Of a DNA stretch of 64,000 bases, positions 50,222-64,000 are shown piece after piece. How positions within the stretch are numbered: position 1 is the first letter of the stretch; each line of letters opens with the position of its first letter. A program made the position numbers and the translations under genes. Source of the DNA: Mytilus californianus (Eukaryota); assembly GCF_021869535.1 (NCBI RefSeq), contig NW_026262701.1:17918001-17982000 (forward strand), given 5' to 3'. Under the pieces are notes generated by a model. The model did no database searches, was not told the origin of the DNA, and saw nothing but the letters and a program-made list of their open reading frames with translations.

Positions 50222-51237
50222 GTTTTTTCTTGGTGTGGAGGGGTATATATAAATGTAGTGGCGTAGGAGCCGAAAAGGGGGACCATAACTGTATTACACA
50301 CTTGCAAAGGTGAGATGCAAAACTATAAGACCACCCCCATTCCCCTCCTTTGGCAATTTATTTTGTTATCAAAATATGAAGTGGCTACGAAGGACATTAA
50401 CTTATTTCGAGACTATTAGACAATTATGACAGAAAATATAGATAAAAGGTCTTTTTTTTTTGCTTGTCACTTTAAAAAATCACCCCCCCCCCCCTCTAAA
50501 CTTTTCAATCTACTCCTTCTTCACTGATATGTATCAAAGGAATAAGTAATAAATAACTTAACTCGCACACAGCTGATAGAATTGAGAAGAGCTAGTGTTA
50601 ACGCAAAATCCCTAATTTATTAAAGATTAAATATCTCCAAACATCGTGGTACATAAATCGGTATGCAAATTTTGTGTGTTCATAGAAATAATAAAGATGT
50701 GGTATGAGTGCCAATGAGACAACACTCCATCCAAGTCAAAATATGTAAAAAGTTAACAATTAAAGTTCAAAGTACGGCCTTCAACACGGAGTCTTGGCTC
50801 ACACCGAACAACAAGCTTAGGGCCCCAAAAATGACTAGTGTAAAACAATTCAAACAGGAAAACCAATGGTCTAATCTATATGCGAAACGAGAAACACTGA
50901 TGAACCACATCAACAAACGACAACCACTGAACAACAGGTTCCTGACTTAGGACAGGTGCAAACAAATTCAGCGGTTTTAAACGTTTGAATAGGCGTCAAC
51001 CTTCACCCTAGCCTGAAACAGTCCTGTAACATTACAACATAGAAAGACACACTATAAAATATCAATTGAAATGGCTTAACTCGATCAAAAAGACATATTA
51101 ACAAAAACAAGTAAACATAAATCTTTTTTTATTATGCAATAGTCTTAATGCAAAATGTATTACTTTCTAATTAAAAACGTCGTACAAGTCAGATACAAAA
51201 CAAAAGTAACAAAATAAACGTGATGGTAACAACCAGG

Positions 51238-51326
51238 CGTATAGTTTTTCTGCACTTGTAGTCAGGTCAAGGTCCTCGGCTTTCGCCTATGACTTGACCT
51301 GACTACTCGTGCAGAAAAACTATACG
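51238..51326. repeat. Isolated long hairpin (about 36-bp arms, 16-nt loop)
   Basis: CGTATAGTTTTTCTGCAC(TT)GTAGTCAGGTCAAG(G)TC at 51238-51274 pairs with 51291-51326, with 2 mismatches and 1 bulge. Confidence 0.85.
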
Positions 51327-53188
51327 GCAACGGTTGTTTCCAGCCTTTTTTTTTTTTTTTTTTTTGTTACCTTTGTTCTGTATCTAATCCTTAAACTACC
51401 TTTTAGTAACTCCGAATACTCTTAGATCGATAATTTGAATCCTTAGTCTTTTGCTAGTTGTTTTTTGTGGTTAGTGCCAATTAGATTAGTCAAGCCCTTT
51501 CCAACTGATTTATACATATTGTTTTTTATGTTTAGCCTTATATAATATGTGCCTGTCCCAAGCCAGGAACCTGTAATTCAGTGGTTGAAGCTTGTCGCTG
51601 TCAGTCATAGTTATATGTTTTTCGTGTATTGTTTTCTCATAAATAAGTCGTTTGTTTTCTCATTTTGTATTATTTAGCATTTTGTCATGTCGGGGCCTTT
51701 TATAGTTTATCAAATTGAATGGGTTTTTGGTCTCTGTAGGATAGTTGCCTTACTATAAATCATACCACATCTCGCTATTTTATTTGATACCATATTTCAA
51801 TCTACAACGCATTACTATGTCAAGCACAATACTGTAGCTTTACTTTCTGTTACAATTTCTATACACTACTATTTCCCTGGTCTACATGCTACCATAGTGT
51901 CATGACAATATCTCATATGCAAATAGGCTTATTTTTATTTCTAGTCCTTTATTCTGTAATTGTTTACAAATTTTATCAAGCATATCTCATTCTGTTCAAT
52001 GTCAATTTGTATCCAAAAAAACTATCATTTGTTCATAGTTAATTTATGCAATTTTCCACACTATTTCATTGGTTGTTATTAAATTCGATACGTTTTTGTT
52101 CTGAAGATGATACGAAAAGAAAGGAGGTAAAGGATTTAATTGAATCATACTGTGGCCAATATTGAAAAATGAGAAAAGTGTCCATTGACTTTGGTGCTAC
52201 CCTGAAACCGCCGAGTATAAGAGTTTCACAGTTAACAAACATTGGTCTGAAACTAAAAAAAAAACATAAAATTTATTACAATTAACGATCTATTACAATT
52301 AACGAACATTCAAAGAGACCGCTCCAAAAGGACGAGGAAAACTACTTTCCCTTTGTCTGTTCGTCCGTCCATCCAGAACACATTTCTGTCGCATTTTTCC
52401 CACCAACTGCAAACCATATGTTCGTTGGTAATGTGCGCAACTATCGCATGCAGTATTTACAATAGTTACAGTTTTCATGTAAGATAAAAGTAAATAACCA
52501 ATCCGTTATTGCGTAATGCCTTATCACTTGTCTAGTTATCAACGTATATTTAGGAGTAAAACGACGGGTGTAACAGGTGGAGCAGGATCTGCTAACCCTC
52601 CAGAACTTATGAACCAGATGTTGATCAGTCTTAAGTTTTCTATGCAGTGTTTTGTAGACTGATGTTTGTCTTTTTGTCGTTTATCCTTTTTGCCATGGTG
52701 TTGTCAGTATTATTTCGACTTATGAGTTTTGAATTACGTTTTAGATTTTTGAGCTCTTTTTTTACAAGAGCAATTAAGATTTTCATATAAAATTATACAA
52801 AGAGCAAATTTTCCGTTATACAATGAAAATTTTTTACAAATAAAATCTGCTACCAAAGGCAATTTTTCTGCTTGACCATATCTGTTCTGCCTCTTAAACT
52901 GTCATCAAGAGTAAATAGAATTGGAAAATTAAGGGAATCCTTGTAAAATTAAGAAGATGTGGTCTGATTGCTAGTGAGACAACTCTCCACCAGAGACCGT
53001 ATGGCGTAGAAGTTAGAACTATTGGTCACCGTGTGGCCTTCAACAATGAGTTTTATTCGTTGACATATTGATTAATATACAGTTTATTTGAAAATATTTA
53101 TTTGAGAATCCTCATAATATTCTTGAATATAACCTAAAAGTCTTCCTTCAAGCTGTTTTGACATACTGATCTAGTGGTTCGACTTATA

Positions 53189-56100
53189 TTAAAGATATGA
53201 CGATTTCTCAAATGCTTCATTGTCCTTCCCATTAGCAGCTTGTTTTTGTTTACTGTTCTCCATAGTATCACTCAAAACTCTCTCTTTTGTATCAGGAATA
53301 CAAGCAACACAAAGTGCAGACAAAAGCATCAAACCACCACACAGGAAATACATTACACCAGTCGTATGTTGACTCTGGTGAAAATAAACCTTATTTATAT
53401 TACATGGTAACAAATTGATTAATTTACTGATAAGATATTTTAATCAAGCGCAAGGTTTACAAAAATTTTTTTTTTTCAATTGTGCGCATTTTGTTGTCGT
53501 GTGTTTTCCTTTCTCTTTTCAATTGTTTGGGGGTTTGGGAAATATCCGTAATGTTTCACTATTATAGGGTAGAAGATCAGTTAAGAAAGAGTTTAACAGA
53601 TGTTTCTCCCTAGCATCCTGTCCTATGCATGAATACATATTAAAAATACTAAACATAATATTATTGCTCCATTCGGTTTTCTAGATTACACCTTATAGTT
53701 TAAGAAACGAGTTGCTATCAAGCTATGAACTACGGAAATTGAAACTGTTAGAAAACTCATTTTTTTCTGGTTCCGTTATAAACCTTAAATAGATAACGGC
53801 CTGTTCCTGTCGAGATTTTTTGTACTACAACCTGTCAATATACCACAAAAAAATCAATCAACCTATTAGTAGCATCTTTTTACTTGCTTTCCTGATATTT
53901 ACAAAATATACTGATTCTTCAGGTATTTGTCTTCGCCCTCTTGAATTGCGATAACCTTGATATGTGTGTACCTACCACAAAGACTATCTGAGGAGCAACC
54001 ATTGCACCAATACGTGCGACTGTATTCTGTATACCATATCCTATATTTCTGTCGATATATTAATAAAACATGATTATCTAGAGAAAAAAAAATTATGAAT
54101 TTTATTAGTCCACTGAAAGATATATTGATTTTGCCTATTTGCGCAAATATAACAAAGTCGGAGCGGTAATGTTTCACTATTATTGCTCCATTCGGTTTTC
54201 TAGATTACACCTTATAGTTTAAAAAATGAGTTGCTATCAAGCTATGAACTGTGGAAATTGAAATTGTTAAAAAACACATTTTCGTCTGGTTCCGTTATAA
54301 ACCTTAAATAGATAAAATTAGGGTCAATGTACTGTGTAACAGATCATCGGGTTTTCTGAATATACATAGATAGAATAAAATATTTGGCCGAACGTCTCAA
54401 TGTAGGAATTTTGTATGAGCCGTACGAGTCAGAAAGGTTCATATACTTCAGTCGAGTACCAAATCTAATAAATCGTTATCACGATAGACGCTTACCGTGG
54501 TATCTACATATCAAACCTTATTTTGTCGTAGTACATGTAAACACAACTAATTTCAATTTAATTATTTTATAACCAAATGTTTTACAACATCGAGATATTG
54601 TGGTGCATGTGGTTGGTGTGATCTGTTGACTGTCCGATATTTATTTTTTTGTATTAAGAAGTAAACAATTGAAAAAAATATTGATTACTAGGTCTAATAT
54701 CACGGCTTTCATTCGATATATCGAGGAAAATTATCGTGCAAGAATAAGTGACGGTGGTCAAGTATTGCGATAGGATCGTGAAGTAAATCTTAACGAGAAT
54801 AAACATACAAGGTCAATAGATAATCTAATTTATTGAATTATAAGAACAAATTTTGAAAAAAAAATAAAATTGTCTGTCAAAATGGTTCAACATTATAACG
54901 AGTATCTGAAACACTCAGACTTTAAAAGATCCCCGTTTTAACAAAATCACAGAAGGCAGATTGCATTTCAACAATTCAATGACAAAAAAGTGTAAACAAA
55001 CATGATTTTTTTCATTATATGAACTACTAAACCACTATTCTCGAGCTCTGAACAATGCCAATCTGTATTAGTATTTCAAATAGCTTTTAAAATCAGTCTG
55101 TAGAAGCTTAATCAGAAATTGTAGCAAAATTGGAATATTTATATAAACTTGATAGTTATGAGCGTGAAAGACCAGGAGTCCCTTTTTTTGTGATCGTGAA
55201 AAAGGATCGCGAAAGATTCGTGGTGGCTTATTTGTCATTGCAAAAGTCCTTGAAAGCGTTCAAATAAGTCTGTAGTTATATGAAAATTTATCATTGTAAT
55301 TACAACAGCAAAAGACTGGACTTTGATGACTTTTTCCGATTCACTTTTGCTTGGGAATTAAAATGTTGGGCTATGATGATTCCATGCCATTTGGTCTGGG
55401 TTTTAAATAATTTTTTAAACATCGGCTCGTCCATGTTGCCCTACGACAGTTATTATACATCGGGTCGTCCGTCAACATTTTTTGTCATATTAGAAGTCAA
55501 GATTTCCTCATCTGATATCAATCATAAGTGTGAACAGTTTTCAAATCAATAAAAGGAAGATCCTTCCCGATTTTTTTGTTACAAAAAAAGGGGGAGGATT
55601 TGGTAAATACTCATTCTTTTTGTTTTGTAAACTCACAATTTTCGAGAAATTTCTTTTTTAGCTAGGATTTCAATGGAAGATGATAATTAGGTATAATATG
55701 AAATTCCAAATTGATTCCATTTTAAAAATAAAAAAAATATTTGCTAGGATTTAAAAAAAACCATATTTATGTATAATATGGATTTCCAAAATCATTCCCA
55801 GTGAGATATTTTCACAGATTTTGAAGTTGAATTGTATTTATTGCATTCACGATCTGATACCAAATCTTGTACGATCCGATCGCAACGCTTGACCACCGTT
55901 ACTTATTCTATCACGATTATTTTTCTAGGTAAACCGAATGACAGCCGTGTAATATATGTGAATAATGTCATTTAGAGTCAATTTATTATTATAATGTGCA
56001 TATCAACTTATGTAATGTAGGACACTAGTCCAATGTTTAGTACATGTGACCTAGAAAATGCGAAACAATTTCAACAAGTTTATAATGTAACATAGAAACC

Positions 56101-59100
56101 AAGGTATGAAATACACTTATTGACTGGTCATGAGGGTAAACCGTATGTTGTCCTTGAGATAACAAATATTGCTCCAGGTGAATCCGAGGGCAATAGCTGG
56201 TATCTTAGAAACATCAAATTTGCTTGTATGCTTATAACCAGTCGCTAAGTGTTTTTTTTTACCGAACAATAAAATTAAGAATAAAAACTGGCAAAAAAAT
56301 GTAGCACATTTACACATGCGCGTTATTTATGCGAAGGCATATTTTGTCCCTATATTAGTTGTAAATATTTGATTTACAGTAATCAAAAGCAGGTATGCTG
56401 CGTCAAAATGTTCATGCATTTAATCGACAGTAACAAAAATATTACCGTACACCAAAACGTTCACAGATGAGGAAGACGCCAATACACTCTTACCATACAT
56501 TTGTTATGTTTAAGTTCCATAAAAATGGCATTTTTCATGTAGATTTTTCTTATTTTAACATTGCTTCTGCTATGTAGTTTATTCATTGAATAACACATTT
56601 TGATGATGACGACGACAAACAGCTTCATGTATTAGTTCAGGTTTTCGAGATTTTTGTATTTTACCTTATCATGTGAATAAGTCCAGGCAACACGAATTCA
56701 ATGACGTCATTAATGCAATATGAAAAAGAAATTGAAAATATGATGTCTAGGTAAAAGGTCAAGGTAACAAACCAGTTGCAGGACTAGCCGGCATATTTCA
56801 CTCCTGGTCAGGACCAGTATAACACAATTACATGTCCGTTTGGGAACCGAATTTAATGCTTATAACATTTAACTTATTACTTCTTTTTTAATCTTTTTAC
56901 TAAACATTTACGTATAACAATTTTGAACACATTCATTTACCTAACAACTGTTGGAAACGATTCTGTAGTAAGGAGCATAAGACATGCCCAGCCTGCTCCA
57001 ACGCCTAGCTTAGATGCCAAAGCAAAACCATTTATTAAACCAAACTTATATCGTGTAGCTAAAAAAAGTATAAAAAAGACTCATCATCGATACAAAGAAG
57101 CGTTTCGTCTACAAATGACTCATCGGTGACGCTCGAATCAAAAAGGTTAAAAAAATGCCAAATAAAGTACGAATTTGAATAGTATTGAGGACCCAGAATT
57201 ATGATGTATTATAATATATTCTTGTTAATTAAAATTCAGCATTTTTAAAAAAAAAATTTGTTTATATTTTTCTGAAAAGGTACGTAATATATTTAAACAG
57301 AGGTCCACATGTATATGCAAAGTAAATGCTTATAACATATTCAGTATGTGAAATAAAGATTAATAAGTGTTTCTCTACTTAAATACAGCAGTTAGTTCAA
57401 AATGATATTATCCAGGCTAGCCAAAGAAGGATCCGAAGGAAAATTATGCATTCTTAGTAAATTATATATTGCAGAAAAAACATATTTTGACAAGCTTCTT
57501 AGTGTAAATCTCAAATGGAAATGAAATTAAATGACAGCATGTTTACACTTACCAATAATTTGTACGACACCTACGGTGGTACCAGTAGCAGCAACAAATA
57601 GAAAGAACATAAACGTTGTCCGCTTACGTCCAATACTAATAAAGACGATAAAATACAAGAAAATATTGCATTTTGACGTACATTTTAAATATTAAATATC
57701 ATGTGCAAATGCATGGTGCTAAGAGTTGATGATATTTGCTCAAAGTTTAGTGCAAGACTAAAAATCAGATTAAAAGCTGACTACATATTCCATTTCTCGC
57801 ATATATAAAACTTATTTTAAAGGCGATTCATTCCAAATTCAATAAAAATGTTGTAATTTGTAGTAAAAATTGATGACTAAAATCACTTTTCTGTGTATTT
57901 GAATGTTTTTTTTATGATTCACTGAGGACTGCAATGAAGGAGCAAAGGTAAAACCGCTCTTTTTTATATAGAAAGAACCGGTCAAGAATAAATTTAATTT
58001 CTCCTGCAACATCCCCATTTTTTTTAGAAAATGTCTCAGCGTACAAAACAAGGACCAATATACAACATATAGCTGGTTAAGAATCGAAGACGGATTATGA
58101 AAATTATTTTTATCAATATTTGTTAAAAATTTACATACTGAAATAAAATCAAATATATATATTTATAGAGTGAAGCTGTTGAATTATAAGTTAAAACTAC
58201 TTATTAGTAAACCTAAACTTACCAGTGATTAAAAAACCAAGCTAATAATAAGGACGGTACTTCTACGATACTGAGTAAAAACATATTCAGATACAAACTG
58301 CCGGACAGCTGCTGGACACCGAACGAGATAGCATAATATGTATAACCACATGAAATCCTTAAAAAGATCAATGATTCAAAAACTTTTCTAACATATATTT
58401 GATTTATTATATTTCACGATTGTAACAAAGTGTTTTATTTGTAACATTATAATATTTTAAGGATGTCTCCTCTTGTTTTTGAATTTTTGTCAGATTTTCG
58501 GAATCCTCTAGTTTTAGCCATGTATTGCCATTAAAAAAATTTGCCTGCTAACCCCTACTTTTATTTTCATAATTTTATTACATATAGTTTAAAAAGCCAT
58601 ATTTGAAAATCTTTTAAAATCCTTGTTATTTTTTTATAGTTTTTGAAACAAAAAAGCAGCCAATGATAAAAGTATGAAAAATCTAGAGAGAATCATTTCC
58701 TTCCAAATTTTCAATGGCATATATCTAGAAAACAAGCACACGGACCCTTCATTTTTTTCTACTTTTTTAGTTCCTTTATTTATATACTATCATTTTAGAA
58801 CAGTCTTTTAAAAAGCTTGTTATTTTGAAACAAAGTAGCGGACATCCTTAAACTAACCAAAAGATGTTTTGCTGTACGTTTATTCTATTTTATACAGCTA
58901 CTGTTTATTTGCGCAGTCAACTTACATCGAGCGTATATTAAGGATGTACTTAGGTGAGGTTTAGGAATTTGTGTCAGATGCCATTTCTGAATATTAGTGA
59001 TCAATTCGGTTAGAATATTATTTATAGAGATCTTGATACTTTGGTTGATTGTCGTTCGGGTTCTGTCTCGTTGACATTAACGACAACTATTATTCCATTA

Positions 59101-61305
59101 GTGAAAAGAGAAATGAAATTTTGTCATGTTTATTTTTTAGACATTTTCCTCTTACCATCCTACACCCAGCAGAATACTTTTCTTTAGTAAATCTGGATTC
59201 TTCAATACATCAAAATATGTGTATTTGATATTGTCATTAGGTAAAGATTTCACAAGCATCTTCAGTCTGGAGGTGTCCGGAAATGGATTTCCGTTAAATT
59301 TTGCAATCTTTCTGATAACATCTTCTGCTTTCTCCACTTGGTTGTTAGCGACCAACCATCGGAAACTTTCTGGTATCAACCTATAAACAAACATTTACTA
59401 TTTACATCTTTTATAACACTATTCTGATATTGGTTTCCTATCCTCGTATGATCGGGTGAAGTAAAACCCAAATATCCGTTTAATTAGACGTTATCAAAAC
59501 ACCAGAATTGTCATGTATATACTTGGAATTATGTATTTAAATTGTATAATGTACACTATAATTGATTAGGACATTCTTTGTGTGCCTGTCCCAATTCAGG
59601 AGCCTGTAATGTAGTGGTTGATTTCTGTCCTATTTGTTTTTCGTAAAATTAAACCTTTATTTTTCTCGTTTGAATCGTTCCGCATTTTTTTTTATGTCGG
59701 GGCCTTTTATAGCTGACTATACGGTATTGGTTTTTTTCCCTCATTGCCGTACGGTGACCTATAATTGTTCATATCCAAGTCGAACTCTGGTTGATAGTTC
59801 AGACCACATCTCCTTATTTTTATAGGTATAAAATAAAACGGAGATATTATATAATAAATTGAGGAATTTTAAAATCATACGTTACCACCATGTAAACAGC
59901 AGAGGAAATGTAACAGCAGCTGTAGCTATGTGTAAATAAAACCAGTCATGTAGAAGATACGATATTCCTCCGTAACCAGCTGCAAATGTTGACCATACGG
60001 GCACAGCCAAAAGCATAGGTCTATATTTCCCAGAAACAAATTCCACCTTGTATGTTAGATGGACGGTTAAATATATACCACAGCCACATCCAATGAAAAA
60101 TCGTAGAACTGCAAACATTTGCCAATTTACTGAAAAAGCTGCGATGAGATTTGAAACAAGTAAAACCAGCAGTGACAAAAAGTATGTAGGTTTTCTGCCA
60201 AATCTATCACCAAACTGTCCTGCTGCCAGACTACCTATAAGTAAACCTCCCATCTGAATCGTTGTTATAGTTTGAGTAATATAATCCCGATCACAAACAA
60301 GATTAAACTGAAAATAGAGCAACGAAATTAATGTCTTCAATAGTTTGCAAGGGGCTGTGATGATCTCAAACATCGATCTATTATCAACATTTAAATAAAA
60401 AAAAAAAACTCCCCCAGCATTTGTCTATTACGGCTGGCTATATTATCGAAGCTCATAACTGACAAACAGTGAGATTGCGTTGGAGTACAATTCCATTATG
60501 GCTTGTATATCCAGAATAAATTTTACTGAAATTAGCAAATTTTTATGAGAAAACGCTTTCCATTGTAAGAACTTTTCATTGAAACTATATTATTTACAAG
60601 TTTTTTTTATCTTATGATTAAAACTTTGTTAAAGTACAAATATCTTTCAATTAAAAAAAAATCTTTATTTGTAGACTTTCACTTTTATAAGGGAGAAACA
60701 TAGATAGTTTTGATAAATAACAAACGAACTTGTTTCATTCATTTTACAATTGTGTTACATAGTAAGAAAGCTAGTAAGATAATACAGTGATTATTTTTTT
60801 TTTTATTTTTTTACTATTATCATTTTTTGTAATGTCATTTCTTAATTATTTGATCTGCTAGAATTCTTTCTACTCAAATATTAGGCATAATAGTGCTTAA
60901 CCGTTGTATATTGCTAATGAGATTTTTTTTTATTCCTTGATATGTCATTAAAGTCGAGTTCAGCTTTTGAAATTTTTTAATCAGTTCCATAATACATACC
61001 TCGCTTACAATCGTACTTATTGATGGATCAAACACTTTATGTACACAGCTTAAATCACTATAGTTACTTGGTGGGCTACAGGTCTGTTGTTGTGTACCGT
61101 TTATATGCACAATATTTGAACTCTGGTTTCCCCATTCACATGACCAGTTTGGAATTGCTCCTCCAAAAGTCATCATAAGAATACTCCATGATACAGATAT
61201 TTCTCCAAGACAAAGACTGCCCACCACTAAAAGTTGAAAAATTCCGAAGCCCCCACATTTCTCTAATGTTTCTTCTAGAAAGAAACTTAGTTCTACGGCG
61301 GACAT
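53189..61305 (-). CDS. SLC22-family organic cation transporter-like protein, 515 aa; exons 61000-61305, 59886-60307, 59156-59380, 58223-58357, 57553-57635, 56941-57058, 53976-54048, 53189-53374
   Basis: GT-AG introns with matching phases, total 1548 nt. Motifs GGFGIFQ, STIVSEFNLVCDR, GDRFGRKP, IPESFRWL, IGRKRT, ESFPTVVRNIGYG, IPDTK. The start Met (61305) is chosen by family consensus; an upstream in-frame ATG exists at 61380. Confidence 0.92.
54701..55949. mobile_element. Non-autonomous element with about 80-bp imperfect inverted termini (CACGG...CCGTG), in an SLC22 intron
   Basis: 54701-54779 pairs with 55871-55949; TAATAT flanks both sides (54695-54700, 55950-55955). Confidence 0.6.
58461..58847. 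mobile_element. Kolobok-type MITE (TTAA TSD, GG...CC termini)
   Basis: TTAA|GGATGTC ... GACATCC|TTAA. Confidence 0.6.
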
Positions 61306-62488
61306 AACTTCACTGATTGTTATCGTGATGATAGCTACAAGATAGATAGAAATAGAAGGATAATTTATGAAGGAATCCAATATTTTTTTAACTACTTTTT
61401 ATAAATGGGCGTTCGTTTTATGCAATTGTCAAATAAAGTAATTAAACATTTTATTATTCAAATCTTTAACAACATGACTGTGCCTTCTTAAAATTTGACC
61501 GAACTGGAATGCTTTTACTTGACTCAAAACTGCAATCTTTATAGATGTCAAAAGATTTGATTGTCCAAAAATATATGTATAGGGAACTGAATTCAGATAC
61601 ATATGAGGCCCCCATGGGGGTGTCCAAGTAATCACATAATCACAAATATTTTGCCAATATAATCACAAAATCATTAATTATTATTTTAAACAGGATAATC
61701 CAATAATAAATAATATAGTCCTAGATTATCAAATAATCAAATAATCATGAAATATTTGGTCTGGTAATCAAATAACCACTATAAAAACGGCCAAGTAATC
61801 ACATAATCAAAAACCCCATGAGGAGGCTCACATATGAATTTCTTTTATTCAACAATATCCATACATATCCAACAATGCAATTGAAAGTTATAGAAAAAAA
61901 AAACACAAAACATGTAAAATATGCAAAATGTCTTCAACAGTTAATAGCAGTGATAAACAACCATTTGATTTTATGAAAATATTTCAAATTGTTTAGTGTT
62001 TTAAACTATACTATATAAACTTTACTATATAAGCTCTTTACTATTTGAACTCCTGTATGTTTGTTGTCAATAAAATGGAATTCTATGCGACCGTCATACA
62101 AGCGAGAGGTTTAGCTAGCTATGAAACCAGGTTTAACCACCATTTTCTACATAAGGAAATGCCTGTACCAAGTCAGGAATATGACAGTTGTTTTCCATCG
62201 TTAGGTGTGTTTGAGCTTTCGATTTTACCATTTTATACAGGACTTTCCGTTTTGAATTTCCCTTGGAGTTCGGTATTTTTGTTATTTTACTTTTCAACAA
62301 TTTCCGGAACCCTACAGTTACAGGAAATTGGACCTACCTATTTGATGGTCTAAAATTTGTTAACAGACCAGCATATGTGAAATACGATCAGGATTTGATT
62401 CGTCTGTTATTTACAACTCATACCTTTTATTCATTCTTTGCTTAAATTTAAATTTTGTTTTATTTGAAGAGGAATAATGCCAATAAAT

Positions 62489-62700
62489 GAGGGTCTGTAT
62501 GCGGGGTCCTTTATTTCTGTATTTCAATTTTTTTAGGCCATTTTATCTCTATTCTTTACAATTTTAGCTGATTTTGTTCTATTTTATATAATGTGGCACT
62601 GAATTATTCTGTATTCTTTATTTTTTTTATTGGTCCATTTTTCTCTTTTCTTTATATTTTTTGCTCATTATTCTCTTTTCTGTAACCCCCTCAGACCCTC
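62489..62700. mobile_element. MITE with GAGGGTCTG TIRs and an AT dinucleotide on both sides
   Basis: AT|GAGGGTCTG ... CAGACCCTC|AT, 212 bp, T-rich interior. Confidence 0.55.
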
Positions 62701-64000
62701 ATAAATGCATACCCTTCTAGAGAATGTATTTTTTTTCCAAAATTTCATATAATGTGAGGTATAATACAATGTGGTTTTACTTAAACTGTTCTAGCCTTTG
62801 TCAGTCTTGTATTATTTTTAATTTTAGTTTCTTGTGTACAATTTGGAGTTTAGTATGGCGTTCATTATCACTGAACTAGTATATATATTTGTTTAGGGGC
62901 CAGCTGAAGGACGCCTCCGGGTGCGGGAATTTCTCGCTGCATTGAAGACCTGTTGGTGACCTTCTGCTGTTGTCTGTTCTATGGTCGGGTTGTTGTCTCT
63001 TTGACACATTCCCCATTTCCATTCTCAATTTTATTATGGACAGCTGATTGTTTCTCGACTACTGTCTCTAAAGGTTAATATAGTAAAATAATTTTATTTT
63101 AGATATTTTTCCTCAAATTAATGGTAATTTTGTATTCTGTTTTATTACGCACTTTATAAATCTAAACTATTGTATAAAGCTTGACACTAAATCTGCAAGT
63201 GATTAAATAAAATTTCAATCCAAATTATGATATTGTAAATTACAATATTCAAAACCTTTTATGTTTTAAATCAAACACGGATAGTCGATTGTGCTATATG
63301 TAAATTAAATACTCACAAAACACTGCAAAATGAGATGTGGCCTGTGATCATTTTTTGGCAAAAAAATATGAGATCCCAAATGTTCATAACTTTTCTTTTG
63401 ATTTGCCATCCGTATGAAAAAAATTATTAACAGTTTTTCATTACTTCACATGATTCCTTATATAATAATGAATGCACATCTACAAAACATATTCGATTGT
63501 TCTCCAGTAATTCAAATGTTTGTTGGTTTACCCCGCCCCCTTTATCCTCTTATTATTTCAAAAGTTGGCGCCTTCTGTACCTCCTTGTTTAGTATATCGA
63601 CATTTTTAATCCATGAAAATACAAAAAACACATAAGTTATTGTTGATGATTAGAAAACATATCTTACCCCTTAGATATAATGTATGAGATGTTCTGGTTA
63701 GATAATGACCATGGTAAGAGTCTAGATTATTTTAATGTACGTAAATGATGATCTTTGATTAGATGTGTAAACATTATAATTCATTATATAAATAAGGTGT
63801 GCTTTATACCAGTGATTATGAAATGCCCTGGACTATTTAGTAACCAAGGTTAGACTGAAAAGATGTACTGAAGTAGTGTACAGCAGCGTCTCTGGGGAAC
63901 ATATTTGTGTACTCTGTGAAATCTCGGGATATACATATATAAAACATCAAAGGTAACGGGCAGGTTAGAATCCATACCAGCACTCGAAGGTCCACTTCGA

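Noticed and set aside
57098-57133. Hammerhead copy in an SLC22 intron
   Set aside because: Core mutated (CCGAUGA) and the cleavage site and stem I 3' strand are missing; treated as an inactive remnant.

Overview
AT-rich animal genomic DNA with spliceosomal introns, most likely a bivalve mollusc such as Mytilus (inferred from the FREP architecture, the hammerhead-bearing repeats and the SINE types, not from a database search). Host genes, all on the minus strand: three intact serpins with intronless CDS (1218-2360, 37626-38771, 43996-45141) plus a mosaic serpin pseudogene (12618-14345); a complete 6-exon fibrinogen-related protein gene (FREP, 267 aa, 25930-30590), mostly missed by the ORF track; and a complete 8-exon SLC22-type organic cation transporter gene (515 aa, 53189-61305). 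The rest is a dense mobilome. It includes a 3-exon Crypton-like tyrosine-recombinase element (about 6176-9531) with all catalytic residues, interrupted only by one -1 frameshift in an A8 run. A 1.8-kb non-coding relative of that element (33841-35626) helps define its hairpin-rich ends. Also present are a 3.3-kb foldback element with about 535-bp TIRs and a 6-bp TSD, minimal type I hammerhead ribozymes between serpins 2 and 3, a decayed PIF/Harbinger-like transposase, a 5'-truncated L1/Tx1-like LINE, Penelope-like remnants, SINEs, several MITEs and minisatellites. All exon boundaries, translations and alignments were done by eye; no searches were run.
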